From: Ylistrum balloti
Lineage: Eukaryota
Length of the DNA: 64,000 nucleotides
NCBI RefSeq assembly: GCF_031769215.1
Contig: NW_026782091.1
Span: 1,054,001-1,118,000 of the forward strand
Reading direction: 5' to 3'
A program made the position numbers and the translations under genes. The notes under the pieces were generated by a model that saw only the letters and a program-made list of their open reading frames with translations, was not told the origin of the DNA and searched no databases. This document shows positions 23,001-35,760 of this stretch, in pieces (within the stretch, counting starts at the first letter, position 1; each line of letters starts with the position of its first letter).

Positions 23001-26000
23001 AGATTTCAGAGTGTCACTTGACTGGACAGTTGTTGCCCCTTAGATATGACGATTGTATCTATATATCTTCAACCTTCTTGTATATATATATCAGTGTGAC
23101 CAATTACTATAAATCATATGCCATGTCATACTGATATACCTTTATTTTATTACACATCACACACTTTGATTTTGAGTTATTTTCTAAAAAAAAAAATTTG
23201 CAGGTATACTTTCAATGATCAAAGATGAACAGAAATTGTCAATCATCTAATGTATGGTCCCAATTCTGGGGGTCCTGAGGTTTCAAATTGGACTTAAAAG
23301 TGTATATGCATATTTTAACCCTAAACTACCATTAGGGCCTGTCAATGAGGCCCAAATGATGGAAATTTTTAGCCCAGAATCTCAAGAAAAATTCTTGTTA
23401 GAAATGACTTTGAAATGGTCTCAAATGCTCAATCCAACTAATTATGAATTTCACCACTTGTCATCTATTGGTGTCCACTGGGAAAGGGATACAACTTACT
23501 ACAGATTCATACTCTTCTTAATGTTTTGTTAAATGAAGTTGGTGGAGGATATTGATGTTAATGAATACCACAAAGTTTAACAGTAAAGGATGTGTTGTGG
23601 AGTATGCATTTCAGATACTGAATGTGCTTTAGCTTAGTTGTTGATACCTGTCTTATGTCTTGATTGCTGTCCTGTTTCAACGAAATAGCCACCATTGCAT
23701 AGCCTCTTAGCGGTTGAAATTTAGATATTCTCCAATATCAATCATTTTTGTATCAAGCTGAATTTTTACACTATGACCACAATCAAAACTCTTATTTGCA
23801 ACATCAATGACAGCAGGGGTTCTTTAGTGGATAAAATTACAGCCTGTTGTTATTTACAGATACCTGAACCGGATGCCTCAATCCACTCAATCAGTATTGA
23901 CCCCATGGGAACTATGATGGCTGCTGTAAATAACAAGGTGAGGACAATATACAAGGTCTTTTTACGGTCCCTTTCTTTCTTTGGGGGAGGAAGGGTTGTC
24001 TTTTTTTCTTCATAACATGCAGAAAACATTACTACTTCACAATTAATAGAAATGTGCCTTGTTTGGAAGACTCATGGCAAGTTCATCAAAATTGCTTTAT
24101 AGCAGATCTACATTAACTACAACAATATAAAAATGTTCAAATAAATGAACAGGAGGTAATCTGGATTAACTTTTCCATGGATGACAGGCAGGAGTCAGAA
24201 ATCTTTTATGATCTTAGGAGGGAGAGCATATATTTGGTTCTCTCTCTCTCTCTCTTCGTTTTTCTGTCTGTCATTATTTTGTCAGAAGCATAACACAAAA
24301 ACTATTTGAGGTATCAACATAAAACTTCATATGTAGATAGATCACAACAGGAAAAAGTGCAATGCATAAGAGCCATCACTCTCTTTACAATTTAGGAAGG
24401 AGTTTTTTTTTTTTTTGCATAATTTACTAGTTATTGCCCTTTGTTATTTTTCATACATAAATTTTATCCAGAGCATTATGCTTAACCTATAAGAGGTATC
24501 AACATGAAACTTCATAGGTGGATCAATCTCAACAAGGAGAAGTGCTGAACATAAGAACCATTATTGGTTTTTGCATTGTTTAGGAGTTATTGCCCTTTGT
24601 TATTTTTCATACTTAAATTTTGTCCAGAGCATTATGCTTTAACTATAAGAGGTATCAACATGAAACTTCATAGGTGGATTGATATCAACAAGGAGAAGTG
24701 CATTGTACAAGAACCATAACTCTCTTTTACATAATATAGGAGTCATTGCCCATTGTTATTTTTCATACTGGCCCATTCTGGGAACATAACCCATCTCTGA
24801 CAGCCCTTGTCTAAAATGTTTTCCTGCACTACAAGTTCTAGTTTTACTTTCTTCAGTGCAGGTGTTATATTTGGACACTGACAGGAGGGAGGGGCACAGA
24901 TCGCACCCAGCTCCACCCAAAGACCAAATTCGAAGCTCACAATCGATACGCACTAAAGTGTTTGTTCAGCCCAGATTCTACGTAAGTAAAGGGTGATTGT
25001 TGGTAATTTAAAAGAATAGCAGTGTATTATCAAGTAGTAAATTGCAATGTAAGCACTTGAGTTTAAACTCATCTGCACTTCTAATTCTTCTGTTGAATAA
25101 ATGCACTAAACAAACGTATACAAGGCAGGTTCAGTTGATGTTTTACAATCCATTAAGGAAATGAAGAGTCATTCAGTTCCACAATTAATTTTCAGATATT
25201 GATTTGATAAAAGTAAAGAGAATTTGTTTACAGAGTTTGCTCATCACACCAACACATATGTTTCAAATTTCAGGTTACTAGCTACCACATCAGCTGATCA
25301 CACAGCAAAGATCTGGCGAACAGCGGACCGTACATTGATGACTGAGCTCAGGGACAACACACAGCGATGGGTTTGGGATTGTGCCTTTAGTGGCGACTCC
25401 CAGTACATTATAACAGGTAACCCAGATCATAACTTGATACATTGTTATAAAAATCTTACTTTGCAATATTACAGGGTTTTGGCCATGATTTTGGTTTTTG
25501 TTAAGTACTTTTACATTATAATTAAAATAGCTATACTACCCAGATTGCATAGCCTGTTAAACATGAGTGAGGAATTTTATTTGTGACTGGTCTTGTAGTA
25601 CATGTGACATCAATGTGTTACTTCAACTGATCATGTCTAGTATATAACCAGTGGTGTAGAAGGCAGACACTTCTCATATGATTCTGTATTATCACGATAC
25701 CCTTGAATGAAAGCAAAATTTTCTACTTCAACTAAACACTGTATATCATTATACGTAAACTTTAGCAAGCAAAACTTATCAAATAAAATTATATTAGATT
25801 AGAGGAAAAATCCATATTGAAAGATTGTAAGTTGGTGATATTAGTTATACAAGTTTGTACATCTTCAAATATATGATCATATTGAGAACAGCTATTACAA
25901 AACTGTTACCAAATAACTTTTTGATATATAATGAGGAATGTGATTATACAGGTGTTCAAGACAATTCATGATACTGGCTCATCAATTTCAGAGGTATAAA

Positions 26001-27088
26001 ATTATTTTGTGACAGGGATAATTATGGACGTAGACATGATGTGTACTCAGTTTCATATGTGTCAACAATCGTAACATAAACAAGGGAATGCGGATATTCA
26101 GGACTAATTGATAAAAAATATGAATCCCAGTGACAGTTCAGCAGTAAAAGGTTTTTAACTAAATGCCTGAAGGTTTTTGAGCATTTCCCAATGCAAATGT
26201 CAATATCGCGTACATGCTTTCACTGCCCATATGCATTACAGAAATTTTTGATAGTATTGCATACACAAGTCCAGATTTTTTCATGAACATAAAAGAATTT
26301 TTGATACATAATTTACAATTATGAAATTATCCCTGAGGCAGGGTGAAATAGCTGATTTATGTGTAAAGTTGTACGCGGTGTGTACACAAGTGCGGCAAGC
26401 TGTTGTACACGTCAAAACAGTGGTTCCAGAACATGTTCCATTTTGTTGTACATTTTGATTAAAACAGATTCATAAAAGAAGCAAAAAAATCTTTAATACC
26501 TGTAGTTAATTACATACACAAATGTGGAAACAAAATCAGGCATATAACAACATCTGTTTAATTTCGACTGATTTATATTATAAATTGCACAAAGACAATT
26601 GTAAAGACAAGTCCTTGTCATAATGCATTATAAATTTAGTTGTATAAACAAAAAGATCAGATACTGCCTTACAATAATATTAAACTTGTTTTAAACTGTA
26701 AATATCATCTCTTTTGTCTCAAATTAAGAATTTCCGGTTTAGCACATGTCTGTAATCTGTGCGTGCAGACTAGAAGTGGGGATATTTCTGTCCGATGGGG
26801 TACACCCGTGCTGTTTCCTAAAATTTAAACATTGCATTTGCACAAAATATAACTGGACAGCTGTGATGCACTTTTGTTGTGGAATAATGTAGAATTGAAT
26901 TTTTATTTATAATTCTATTCATCATTCAACTTACTTATATTTTCAAAATATATTCTCTCTCTCCAGCATCTTCAGACAACACTGCTCGACTTTGGAGTGT
27001 AGACACCGGCGAGGTCAAGAAAGAGTACAATGGCCATCAAAAGGCTGTTGTTGCCATGGCATTCAGGGATGAAATTGTTGTTCATTGA
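20095..27088 (+). CDS. MLST8: Target of rapamycin complex subunit LST8, 318 aa; coding exons 20095-20217, 20456-20507, 20818-20980, 21797-21872, 22312-22386, 23860-23937, 24857-24981, 25274-25416, 26967-27088
   Basis: Nine exons join in frame. The sequence closely matches mLST8: [121 protein letters not shown]. Confidence 0.97.
20218..20455 (+). other. U12-type (minor spliceosome) GT-AG intron 1 of mLST8
   Basis: The donor GTATCCTT matches the U12 consensus. Branch site CTTAAC at 20441-20446 is about 10 nt before the AG, with little polypyrimidine tract. Confidence 0.85.
21336..21474. mobile_element. Truncated Tc1/mariner-pogo-type MITE end
   Basis: Ends in GAGGTTTCACTG followed by TA (reverse complement of a TA-CAGTGAAACCTC terminus), with GC-rich recurrent GGTCGT subrepeats. 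The second TIR was not found. Confidence 0.5.
24270..24770. repeat. About 2.5 copies of a ~160-bp satellite-like unit (Helentron-associated mollusc type)
   Basis: GAGGTATCAACATGAAACTTCATAGG and GTTATTGCCCTTTGTTATTTTTCATAC recur about every 160-200 bp in mLST8 intron 6. Confidence 0.7.
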
Positions 27089-27476
27089 AGAAAAAATGTA
27101 CACATGACTCAAATTGGCTGTGGAATATTATTCCAAAAATGAAATACACGATATATGTACCACCGTACTATGTATGCTGCCATTCTTCAGTGAGAAACAT
27201 TTATTACGTGATGAGTGTAGCATAGAAGAAATTTCATTTGTCAAAACAGCCTGTTCATGTTTTTGATAGCAAGATTACTGTGTTTGTGATGTCGCACACA
27301 ACACAATTATTCTGACATATTCTCAGCACACTTTGTGAAGTAGTAAGTAAATATAACGATTGCATCTTGTTTGTCCAGACATATATGCACAATTGCTATA
27401 TATTGTATTGATCAGGAATTCCCACACAATCTTAGGCGAAGCAGCATTTAATGATGGAAGAGGAAAGTGTTATGCA

Positions 27477-27575
27477 CTTTTAATAGTAAAATTTAATAAA
27501 TTGAAATGCATTTTTAATAGTAAAATTTAATAAATTGAAATGCATTTTTAATAGTAAAATTTAATAAATTGAAAT
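27477..27575 (+). repeat. 34-bp unit x3, each containing AATAAA (candidate mLST8 polyA signals)
   Basis: TAATAG starts at 27481, 27515 and 27549; AATAAA is at 27495, 27529 and 27563. Confidence 0.85.
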
Positions 27576-28129
27576 ACATGTATATATGGTTCAAGAAAGG
27601 AGAAGTAAATGTATGAAAGAAAAATTGCCAATTTTTGTGTTTTAATACTTAATAGTTTTGTACTGAAACTTGAGAGTAAGTATTCCAAAAAACTTATCTC
27701 ATTTTTTAAGAATTTTCTACTTTCAAACATTGAATTCTAGTGAAAAATTGTACTGAAATTAACATTTAATGTCATGTGGTGGATCAAATACATAATGGCT
27801 ACCTACTGCTATACAGAGTAATCATCTCGAGCCACAAGATGGCACCATGCGTGGGTAGTTGTTACCTATGGCTATCCTTGTGTGTAATATATCTGTACAT
27901 CAGGACCTAAAATGCTGATGCTATCTAGCCTTAAGTAAAAAGTGATAAGATAAAAGCAGTTTATTTAATTTAGATAATATAATCTTCCATTTTTTTTTTC
28001 ATTTATTTTATTTTTAAATCTTTTTGACATAAATTAAACACTCACACCACACAGAGAGAGATGTGGGTTAGAGTTGTATGAGAGCAGACCAAAAATGAAA
28101 AAAGACTTCACGGTCAAGTTGATGATTAA

Positions 28130-29082
28130 TGAACTAAAAAATCAATATCTCATTCCATTTACATAATTCATAATTGGACCTTTGCAAAACCCAAAAACTT
28201 TTCCCATTTTCTCCAATCATTATCAATTCTCAATTTTATTTCCAAGATGGTGTTTCTTATCAACTGTAAATATTACTTTCCATACAATAAAGGTGAATTG
28301 AATTTCCGTAGTCCCCTTCACTCTTTAAATTCGTTCAATTCCAAGTTGAGAGTTGGAAATAAGTGATCAGATCTGTATCCTGATTCAATATAGGAGTTAT
28401 TTAAGCTTGACAATAATTTTCCGAATTCAGGGAAATCAGGCTTGCTTTAATAGATTTGTTTTCTTCCATGTATATCTTCTACTGTCAGGATGTAACTCTC
28501 AATATATATCGCCTTTTATGTGTTGACCGGCTGTTAAGATAGTAATAATGATAAACTATATATATCTCCTTTTGAAAAACTTCCCATAATTTCTAATATT
28601 GTCTCTCTTGCCTTCTGGTTATTTACATTTTTGTAGCTTGTCATATTCTAAATCTGGTTCCAATACTAAGTTAAAATCTCTGCAGATGGTGTATTTTTAT
28701 CATTTTCAAACTCGTCTGGTGTATTTTCCAAAATATCATAAAAACTGAGAGTGTCAGTGTTTGGACCGTACAATGTGATAAAATGTTATATCACATCCTT
28801 CCAGCAGAGCATCTAGAGCTAAGAAACTTCCTGAAATATCTCCCTTTCCCTTTTCACCCTAATTTCGAAATTATTATGTATTAAAATAGCAACCCCTCTA
28901 GAATTAGATCTGAAAAGAGCTGTAAAAACAATAGTAACCCCACTGATTTCTGGTTTTCTACAATGAAATGTGTGTCGTGTCAATAATAAATACAGAATTT
29001 TAAGTAACTTTAAGTAAAAGAAAGCATCATTTCTTTTGACAATACTCCAAAGACCCTGACAATTAATGGAAAAAATGTACAT
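28130..29082 (-). mobile_element. Degraded L1/Tx1-clade LINE, ORF2 APE endonuclease region
   Basis: Minus-strand translation across stops and frameshifts gives SINCQGL, SNSRGVAILI, ITLYGPNTD, NQKARETILEIM, GYRSDH and RGL.KFNS.LL in the expected order. No RT domain is seen. Confidence 0.82.
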
Positions 29083-30774
29083 TACTTTAAAACCACTTGT
29101 CCACATATCTTCAGCATCTAACCCAGAGTGAGAAAAGAAGAAATAAGAGAGAGAAAAACACAAAACAGACAGAAATACAATCCTATCAATATGGTCAAAG
29201 TACTGAAGGTCTCATCACTGCAATGTATGTTGCTTTATTTTCTGTCAAATCCAGTATAGCTGCTCTACACCAATCTCTCCCAGAGTACATTGCGGTACCC
29301 CCAAAAACACCTGTAAACGGCTCACGATGTTTCAAGATTCTTGAAAAAGTAATCTTATCAAATAATTGAGTATCTTTATCATTAATTTAAAAATAGGTGT
29401 TTGTTCATCTAGAAGATGACTACTTCAGTTTATCTGTTCATAAACATTATGGATTATTTCGCGGAAGATTACCCCATGGTGACTGAGTAAACAGTTACCA
29501 ACCGTTGTGTTTACATTTTGTACTGTCACTTTTCAACTACTGTCGTGTGCTTGAATAGCAATCTCTAGCAGAGTTGTCGTTCCTTTACAGTCACAGTACA
29601 CCTCTGTAAAACGGCTCACGGACCGACAATAGTTGATCCCGCGGTCAGGGTCAAAGTTTGACGTCGTGCACAACAATGGCGGCATCTCTGAAAACATTAA
29701 CGAAAGACGCAACTATAGACTGTTTTGTATGTCATAGATCAGCATAAAAAACACCAGTTGCGCTTTTTGAGAGGTTATGTGCCAATATTGTACACCTGTG
29801 CAGGTAATCGTACACACAATAAGGCGCTCGTAAACAGTTCTCACGGTGGCTCGGTCATTCCATTGTTTAAGTAGTTTTGCCCCAAAAATTACAAAAAAAA
29901 AAAAAAAATCATCGGAAAATCGTACAGGTTAACTTGCAGTAACAATTACATATGTTATATATCCAAAGGGTGGCATCGTACATGTAGTCGAAAGTGGGAA
30001 ACTTCCGGGAAATTACGGAGCCCAAAAGCTATCCGGCTGACCTTGACCTAGTTCTAAAGAATTTAATCATACTGATTGTTCATCCTCATCTCAATCTTGC
30101 ATTTCATGACTTGAATGGCATGCTTGATGCTCCAAGGGTTACGCTCACTATCGCTTCCTGCAACCCTGGAACATTGGGTTTTGTTTAAAATGTGGGAACT
30201 TTTATCAAAATGATTTGTATCAAATAACTTTTGACATCAATGGATAACTGAGAAACATATTCCAACATACTGAAAGGTAGCATTAATTTTACTATCATAC
30301 ACAACAGTTACGGGCTCTATGTAGGAATATGTTGAATTAGAATATGGAGATTGTTCTTTGTGTAATGAAATATTGAACAAGCTTCTTTATTGACGTTGTG
30401 AAAGTGAATTTGATGTTTTGAGTATTTGAGAAATATAAAGTGGATTCCAAAGTCAATATGTTATTCTTTTATCATTTAGTAATACCAGAATATCACGTGA
30501 TATGCTTTTGTAATTGCGACCAAGAACATCACTGTTTAGACGACTGTAGACACTTTCTTAAACATCACTGTCTTCCATTATAGACTACAAAAGAGGACCG
30601 ACTCAGGCAGGAAACCATACTTTGAGAACGTTATTCTACCAAAAATGAGGGTAATTAGTGAAAATGTGAATATCAGTTACAACATACTAAATGTAAATAT
30701 TGAGATTAAATCAATATCTTTGGGGCAGAAATTTTCGGTCAATTAGATATAGGGCAAGGGGTACCGGCAACAAG

Positions 30775-31110
30775 GTACAGGGTATGGAATATAGGATACG
30801 AGGTACAGGGTATGGAATATAGGATACGAGGTACAGGGTATGGAATATAGGATACGAGGTACAGGGTATGGAATATAGGATACGAGGGACAGGTATGGAA
30901 TATAGGATACGAGGTACAGGGTATGGAATATAGGATACGAGGTACAGGGTATGGAATATAGGATACGAGGTACAGGGTATGGAATATAGGATACGAGGTA
31001 CAGGGTATGGAATATAGGATACGAGGTACAGGGTATGAGGTACAGGGTATTGAATACAGGATACGAGGTACAGGGTATGGAATATAGGATACGAGGTACA
31101 GGTATGGAAT
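30775..31110. repeat. 28-bp minisatellite, about 12 copies
   Basis: Unit GTACAGGGTATGGAATATAGGATACGAG, starting at 30775, 30803 and onward. Confidence 0.95.
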
Positions 31111-31668
31111 ATTGGATACGTGGGATACGCGGTGTACAATTGAAAAAAGAATACTGTTTCAAACGTTATTTTCGTAAACTGAAAATTCGCCTTGTATATT
31201 ATCGCTGAACACTGATTACACATTTTGATGTCATGAATTTTCCTTTATTTTCGGAGCTTACAAAAATGCTTCCCAACACATATTCCCTCAAACACTTTAT
31301 TTACTGCCAATTTACTGGGGCGAGATGGCAAAAAGTCATTCCGACGATCTCGGGTTCATTCCGGAAACAGAAACTAGCATTCTAATTTGTTTAATTTTAG
31401 ATTATTATTATTATTATTATTTAATTGAACAGTCAGCTAGTTTATAAAAAGTCAATTTTTTCTATAATCTCCGCACTTATCTCCATAAAAGTCATCCCTG
31501 GCAGTAGCTGCTGTTATGTTAATAAAAATAATGTAGAACCGTGTAAAACCACTGACCATCGGGCATCACTCGGTTTGTTCGACAGGCAGGTGCTACCATG
31601 CAGCCAAGGAAAAGTCACGTAAATTTAAACAGGACGTTTTGAACTGATCTCGCTTCCAAGATCTGGAT

Positions 31669-32721
31669 TCAATTTTTCTTTGTGTTTTGGTGTTGAGTCC
31701 CGTTGGAAGCAAAAAGAGTAAGCTCCCGTCTTAATTTGGTTTCTTCACACTTGATCTTAAAACTAGCTATAACTATGATGATACAGTTGGTAACCAGGGT
31801 GAAAAGCACGCTGCCATATGACATCGATATGGTTCCTAGATGATCAGTCATAAACTTCATCAGTTGTCTATTATAAGCATTCGCCATATTTATTTCTTCA
31901 AGCGTCGCGTTGATAAAACTGTTGGCAGTGGCAACAAGAAGCAGATGATGCAACTGGTGTGAATTACCGATAATGTCAAACGTCCTTGGGAACCAACATT
32001 CAGGAAAATGTGAGACATACACCAATGCGTTCCCGATAGCAAATAGAACATGCCACTGATGGAGGCCCAGAAATTCGTCGTTGTTCGAATTATTCAAAGA
32101 CGAAAGGCATCGATTAAGTAATGGCACTAGGAGCCATAGATAAAACGAGCTTACAGTTGCAAGTTGGACTATCTTCGTGGCTTTGTGTTCCATTCCGAGG
32201 CGAAACTTTGTCCAACAAAACACAATGGTAAGTTGTAACGATAGATACATAGAAACGGGGTTGGACCATTTTGTTAGAAATGTCGCCAATTGTTTTTCCC
32301 TGACCAGAAAGCAGTGGCTGACATGTGTACATCCCATTGCATATATTCCTACACAACTGTAGTCGATGAAGAAACAGATGTAATGTACACAGTAAGATTG
32401 ATCACAAAACCAATGCGCACATGAACTTCCAATGAGAAGTATGGAAATACAAAGTAGTCCTGCACCTAAGGGTCGGAATTCATCGTCATAAATGAAGTCA
32501 AAGGTCATTGATATTGTACGTGTCTTTTCTGCTATAAATAGAAATCCAATCAGGTGCGTCCAAACGTTAAATGTTTGATTGTTGACCTGAAAGATGCTGG
32601 TTATGTAATATGACCAGGGTTGATGTGATCGGCGATATCCCGTATGGATGTGTTTGTTACAAACAGCAGTCAGACCTTGATCGTTCGAAGTTACGGTTGA
32701 CGGAAAGTTAAAAATTGCCAT
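31669..32721 (-). CDS. PAQR-family membrane progestin receptor alpha/beta-like, copy 1 (350 aa, single coding exon)
   Basis: Uninterrupted hydrophobic multi-pass ORF with HTGYR..HQPW, NQTFNVWTH, SSCAH, FFIDY and FDIIGNSHQLHH. An acceptor TTGCAG 6 nt before the ATG implies an upstream leader exon. Confidence 0.9.
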   Translation of the reverse strand: MAIFNFPSTVTSNDQGLTAVCNKHIHTGYRRSHQPWSYYITSIFQVNNQTFNVWTHLIGFLFIAEKTRTISMTFDFIYDDEFRPLGAGLLCISILLIGSSCAHWFCDQSYCVHYICFFIDYSCVGIYAMGCTHVSHCFLVREKQLATFLTKWSNPVSMYLSLQLTIVFCWTKFRLGMEHKATKIVQLATVSSFYLWLLVPLLNRCLSSLNNSNNDEFLGLHQWHVLFAIGNALVYVSHFPECWFPRTFDIIGNSHQLHHLLLVATANSFINATLEEINMANAYNRQLMKFMTDHLGTISMSYGSVLFTLVTNCIIIVIASFKIKCEETKLRRELTLFASNGTQHQNTKKN

Positions 32722-34389
32722 CAGGACCTGCAATACACACAAATAAAACTTGCACATCAATCCTGTCAAAATTCATCGAAGTTTTACCCGAAAAAGGGTT
32801 TTCATTATATCTTTTTGATAGCGATGCCATTCATAATTCACAGGATCAATCTACGTGCATTTCGTTCGTTGAAAAATACACGAGAAGTTAAGAGCGGAAC
32901 GATAACAAAGCTTCCATAAAATCATGTTTTTTATGGTGGAGTTATTGTCGTTGATTTCGCGGGTAGTCTTAATCCACTCCAGTAACATGTCTACGAACTG
33001 TTTAAATGGATTAACAGCGTCACAAAATAACGTGTCAATGAAAGAATATTTTTTCGCCCACGAAATAAACATGCATTTATAGGAAAGCATTTTTAATGAG
33101 AGGAATTAGAAAACGTTTTTGATAAAAAAAACAAATGTCATATTGAATTTTGAAAGAATATTATAAACCAAAAGGGCAAAACATTGATATGAACAATTTT
33201 TTACATGAATGTGGCTCTTGTTTTACAAATCATTATATATGGAAACATTAATTTCAACCTTCAAACTTTCGATTTCTAGCTAGTAAATAAGGAGAATTAT
33301 ACTCAATTAAATCAACAATTATTTGATATAGCATGCTGCATGTACTTTATATTGCAATTGCAGCAATTTTCCACGCGATAAATTTATTACGCAGGATATG
33401 ACGTCATCGTAACCTTTCTTGTCACGAGGGAAACAGATAATTAGTAAATGAAACCATTGATCATAATAAGTAAACAGTACAAAAATGTTTGTACAAGGTA
33501 AGGGAGATAAACCATACTGAGTCATCGCAGTTGATCGTAACATACTTCTTTAAGTTAAAAAGTACATGACCCGAAGCTGAATATTTTGGACAATTGTACC
33601 AATAGTTTTGATTTCTGATCATCTTGAAAGTAATGATAATTTCAATTTGGGTCTGATTCTGTGTCATTCAAGCTCTATAAACCCCCGAACTGACACTACT
33701 ATTTTTGCGTCCATGGCCTTACGGCTGTTAATGTCACGATCATATTGTTACGTATAATATGCAAGCTAATAGCTGATCTAGTCTGTATTTAGTCAGACAG
33801 AGATACAAGTGAGGATGAAGTCGTGTATACGAATACACCTGTAATGCTCTTCATCACTGAAGTGGAACAGTGGACATAACTTCACTCAAGCTGTCAGCAT
33901 TTATGTACATGTATGATACAGAAGTTTCATGATACACGGACTTCTCTACTGAGTGGCTGACCTACAAAGTGACACTTTGTTAACACACCAAATCAATATA
34001 TATATATATATCCTGAATTACCTGCATAGTGCCTCGACCACACACGATTGTGAGTTAGAAATAATCTAAAAGACTTCCACAACTTTCATGTAATACAGTT
34101 GTAGTTAATCTGCATCATAAACCACAGTCAACACCATACCTGTACGGTCGTATTTCTCCTTGTCATAGTAAACCTCCTCTCTTGTTTGTTTGTATGTTTG
34201 CTTAGTAGTTTACGTCCGCTTCACTGCCAAATAATTCAGTTATCCAGCAGAAAACCGGTTCGTGATGATTTTTTTAGATAAAATAATTCCTGTATAGAGA
34301 TAAAATTTCGTCCACGTGTATTCACGTACTCGAGGGGTATAGCGAACACTCCGTCTGTAACTAAGTCTACCTATATTATCCAGGTCGAT

Positions 34390-34960
34390 ATGTCTACTTA
34401 TATAGTCCAGGTCTATAGATTTACCTGTATAGTCCTGATCGATATATTTACCTGTATAGTCCTGATCGATATATTTACCTGTATAGTCCTGATCGATACA
34501 TTTACCTGTATAGCCCTGATCGATATATTTACCTGTATAGTCCTGATCGATATATTTACCTGTATAGCCCTGATCGATATATTTACCTGTATAGTCCTGA
34601 TCGATATATTTACTGATCGATATATTTACCTGTATAGTCCTGATCGATATATTTACCTGTATAGTCCTGATCGATACATTTACCAGTATAGCCCGATCGA
34701 TATATTTACCTGTATAGCCCTGATCGATATATTTACCTGTATAGCCCTGATCGATATATTTACCTGTATAGTCCTGGTCGATATATTTACCTGTATAGTC
34801 CTGATCGATATATTTACCTGTATAGCCCTGATCGATATATTTACTTGTATAGCCCTGATCGATTTATTTACCTGTATAGCCCTGATCGATATATCTACAT
34901 ATATAGTCCCGATCGATACATCTACTTATATTGCACTGTTCGATATATCTACATCTATAG
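34390..34960. repeat. 27-bp minisatellite, about 19 copies
   Basis: Unit ATATTTACCTGTATAG(T/C)CCTGATCGAT, degenerating at both ends. Confidence 0.95.
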
Positions 34961-35510
34961 TCTTGTTCGATATATATGTATTCTCAGTCGATTCAAATAT
35001 GATCATTATGGTAGTATAAAGGTCAACATGACCAGTCATTTATGATGTTATTACCTTTCTTGGTGAGATCCCTCAAATTCTCTTGTACACGATAATAAAA
35101 CTCCTGTGTCCCCGATGAGAACAGCACAAACGTTTCTTGCAGAAATTAGGCGTCCATTTATCTTTGAACGGTAATATTTTTAAGCATTCATTAACCATGT
35201 GTATATGTTGTATATATCACAGATAAGGATAAGTACATATTGAAATCGGATGTTGATAGCCGGAACCATCCATCCGTCACTTCAACTCCATAGACCTGTC
35301 ATATGCCTAAGGGGACATTTTTTCAAGCGCATCTGTACTAGTAGACCCATATTTTCTTATGATACACAAACATTTAAACTTGCACTAATGTTGCTATTCA
35401 CCATATTTCTAGATAAGTTACTAAAAGGTTTAGAATCTTAAAAAAAAAGAAAAAAAGAAGCATCAAGCCCAAAGGCCATAACGGTCACGTGCAATTTTTA
35501 TTAACTCGTT

Positions 35511-35760
35511 TTTAACTAATCTGGTCAAAAGGACCAGTGAGCTTATGTCATACCGCGGGCATCCGTCGTCCGTCCGTCCGTTTTTACAGATCACGACTAG
35601 TCATGAACAACCGAACTGATTTTTTTGTCAGGAGCATCCTTGGGGTAAGTGAAACAAATTTTGTTTAAACTGGGGGTCACAGTCCTCTGAAACCAGACAA
35701 GCAGGGCCTAAAAGAGGAAATAGAGCAAATTGTTTAAAGAGCCAGACCTACTCCGTTATA
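35511..35760 (+). mobile_element. 5' part of a pearl/HINE-like element with GTCC microsatellite
   Basis: TTTAACTAATCTGGTCAAAAGGACCAGTGAGCTT followed by CCGTCGTCCGTCCGTCCG. A similar start is at 43481-43540. Confidence 0.5.

Noticed and set aside
30711-31223. 170-aa and 139-aa Tyr/Pro-rich ORFs
   Set aside because: They are translations of the 28-bp minisatellite.
34390-35019. 209-aa ORF of FTCIVLIDI repeats
   Set aside because: It is open only because the 27-bp unit is a multiple of 3 and lacks a stop in that frame; there is no splice or domain support.
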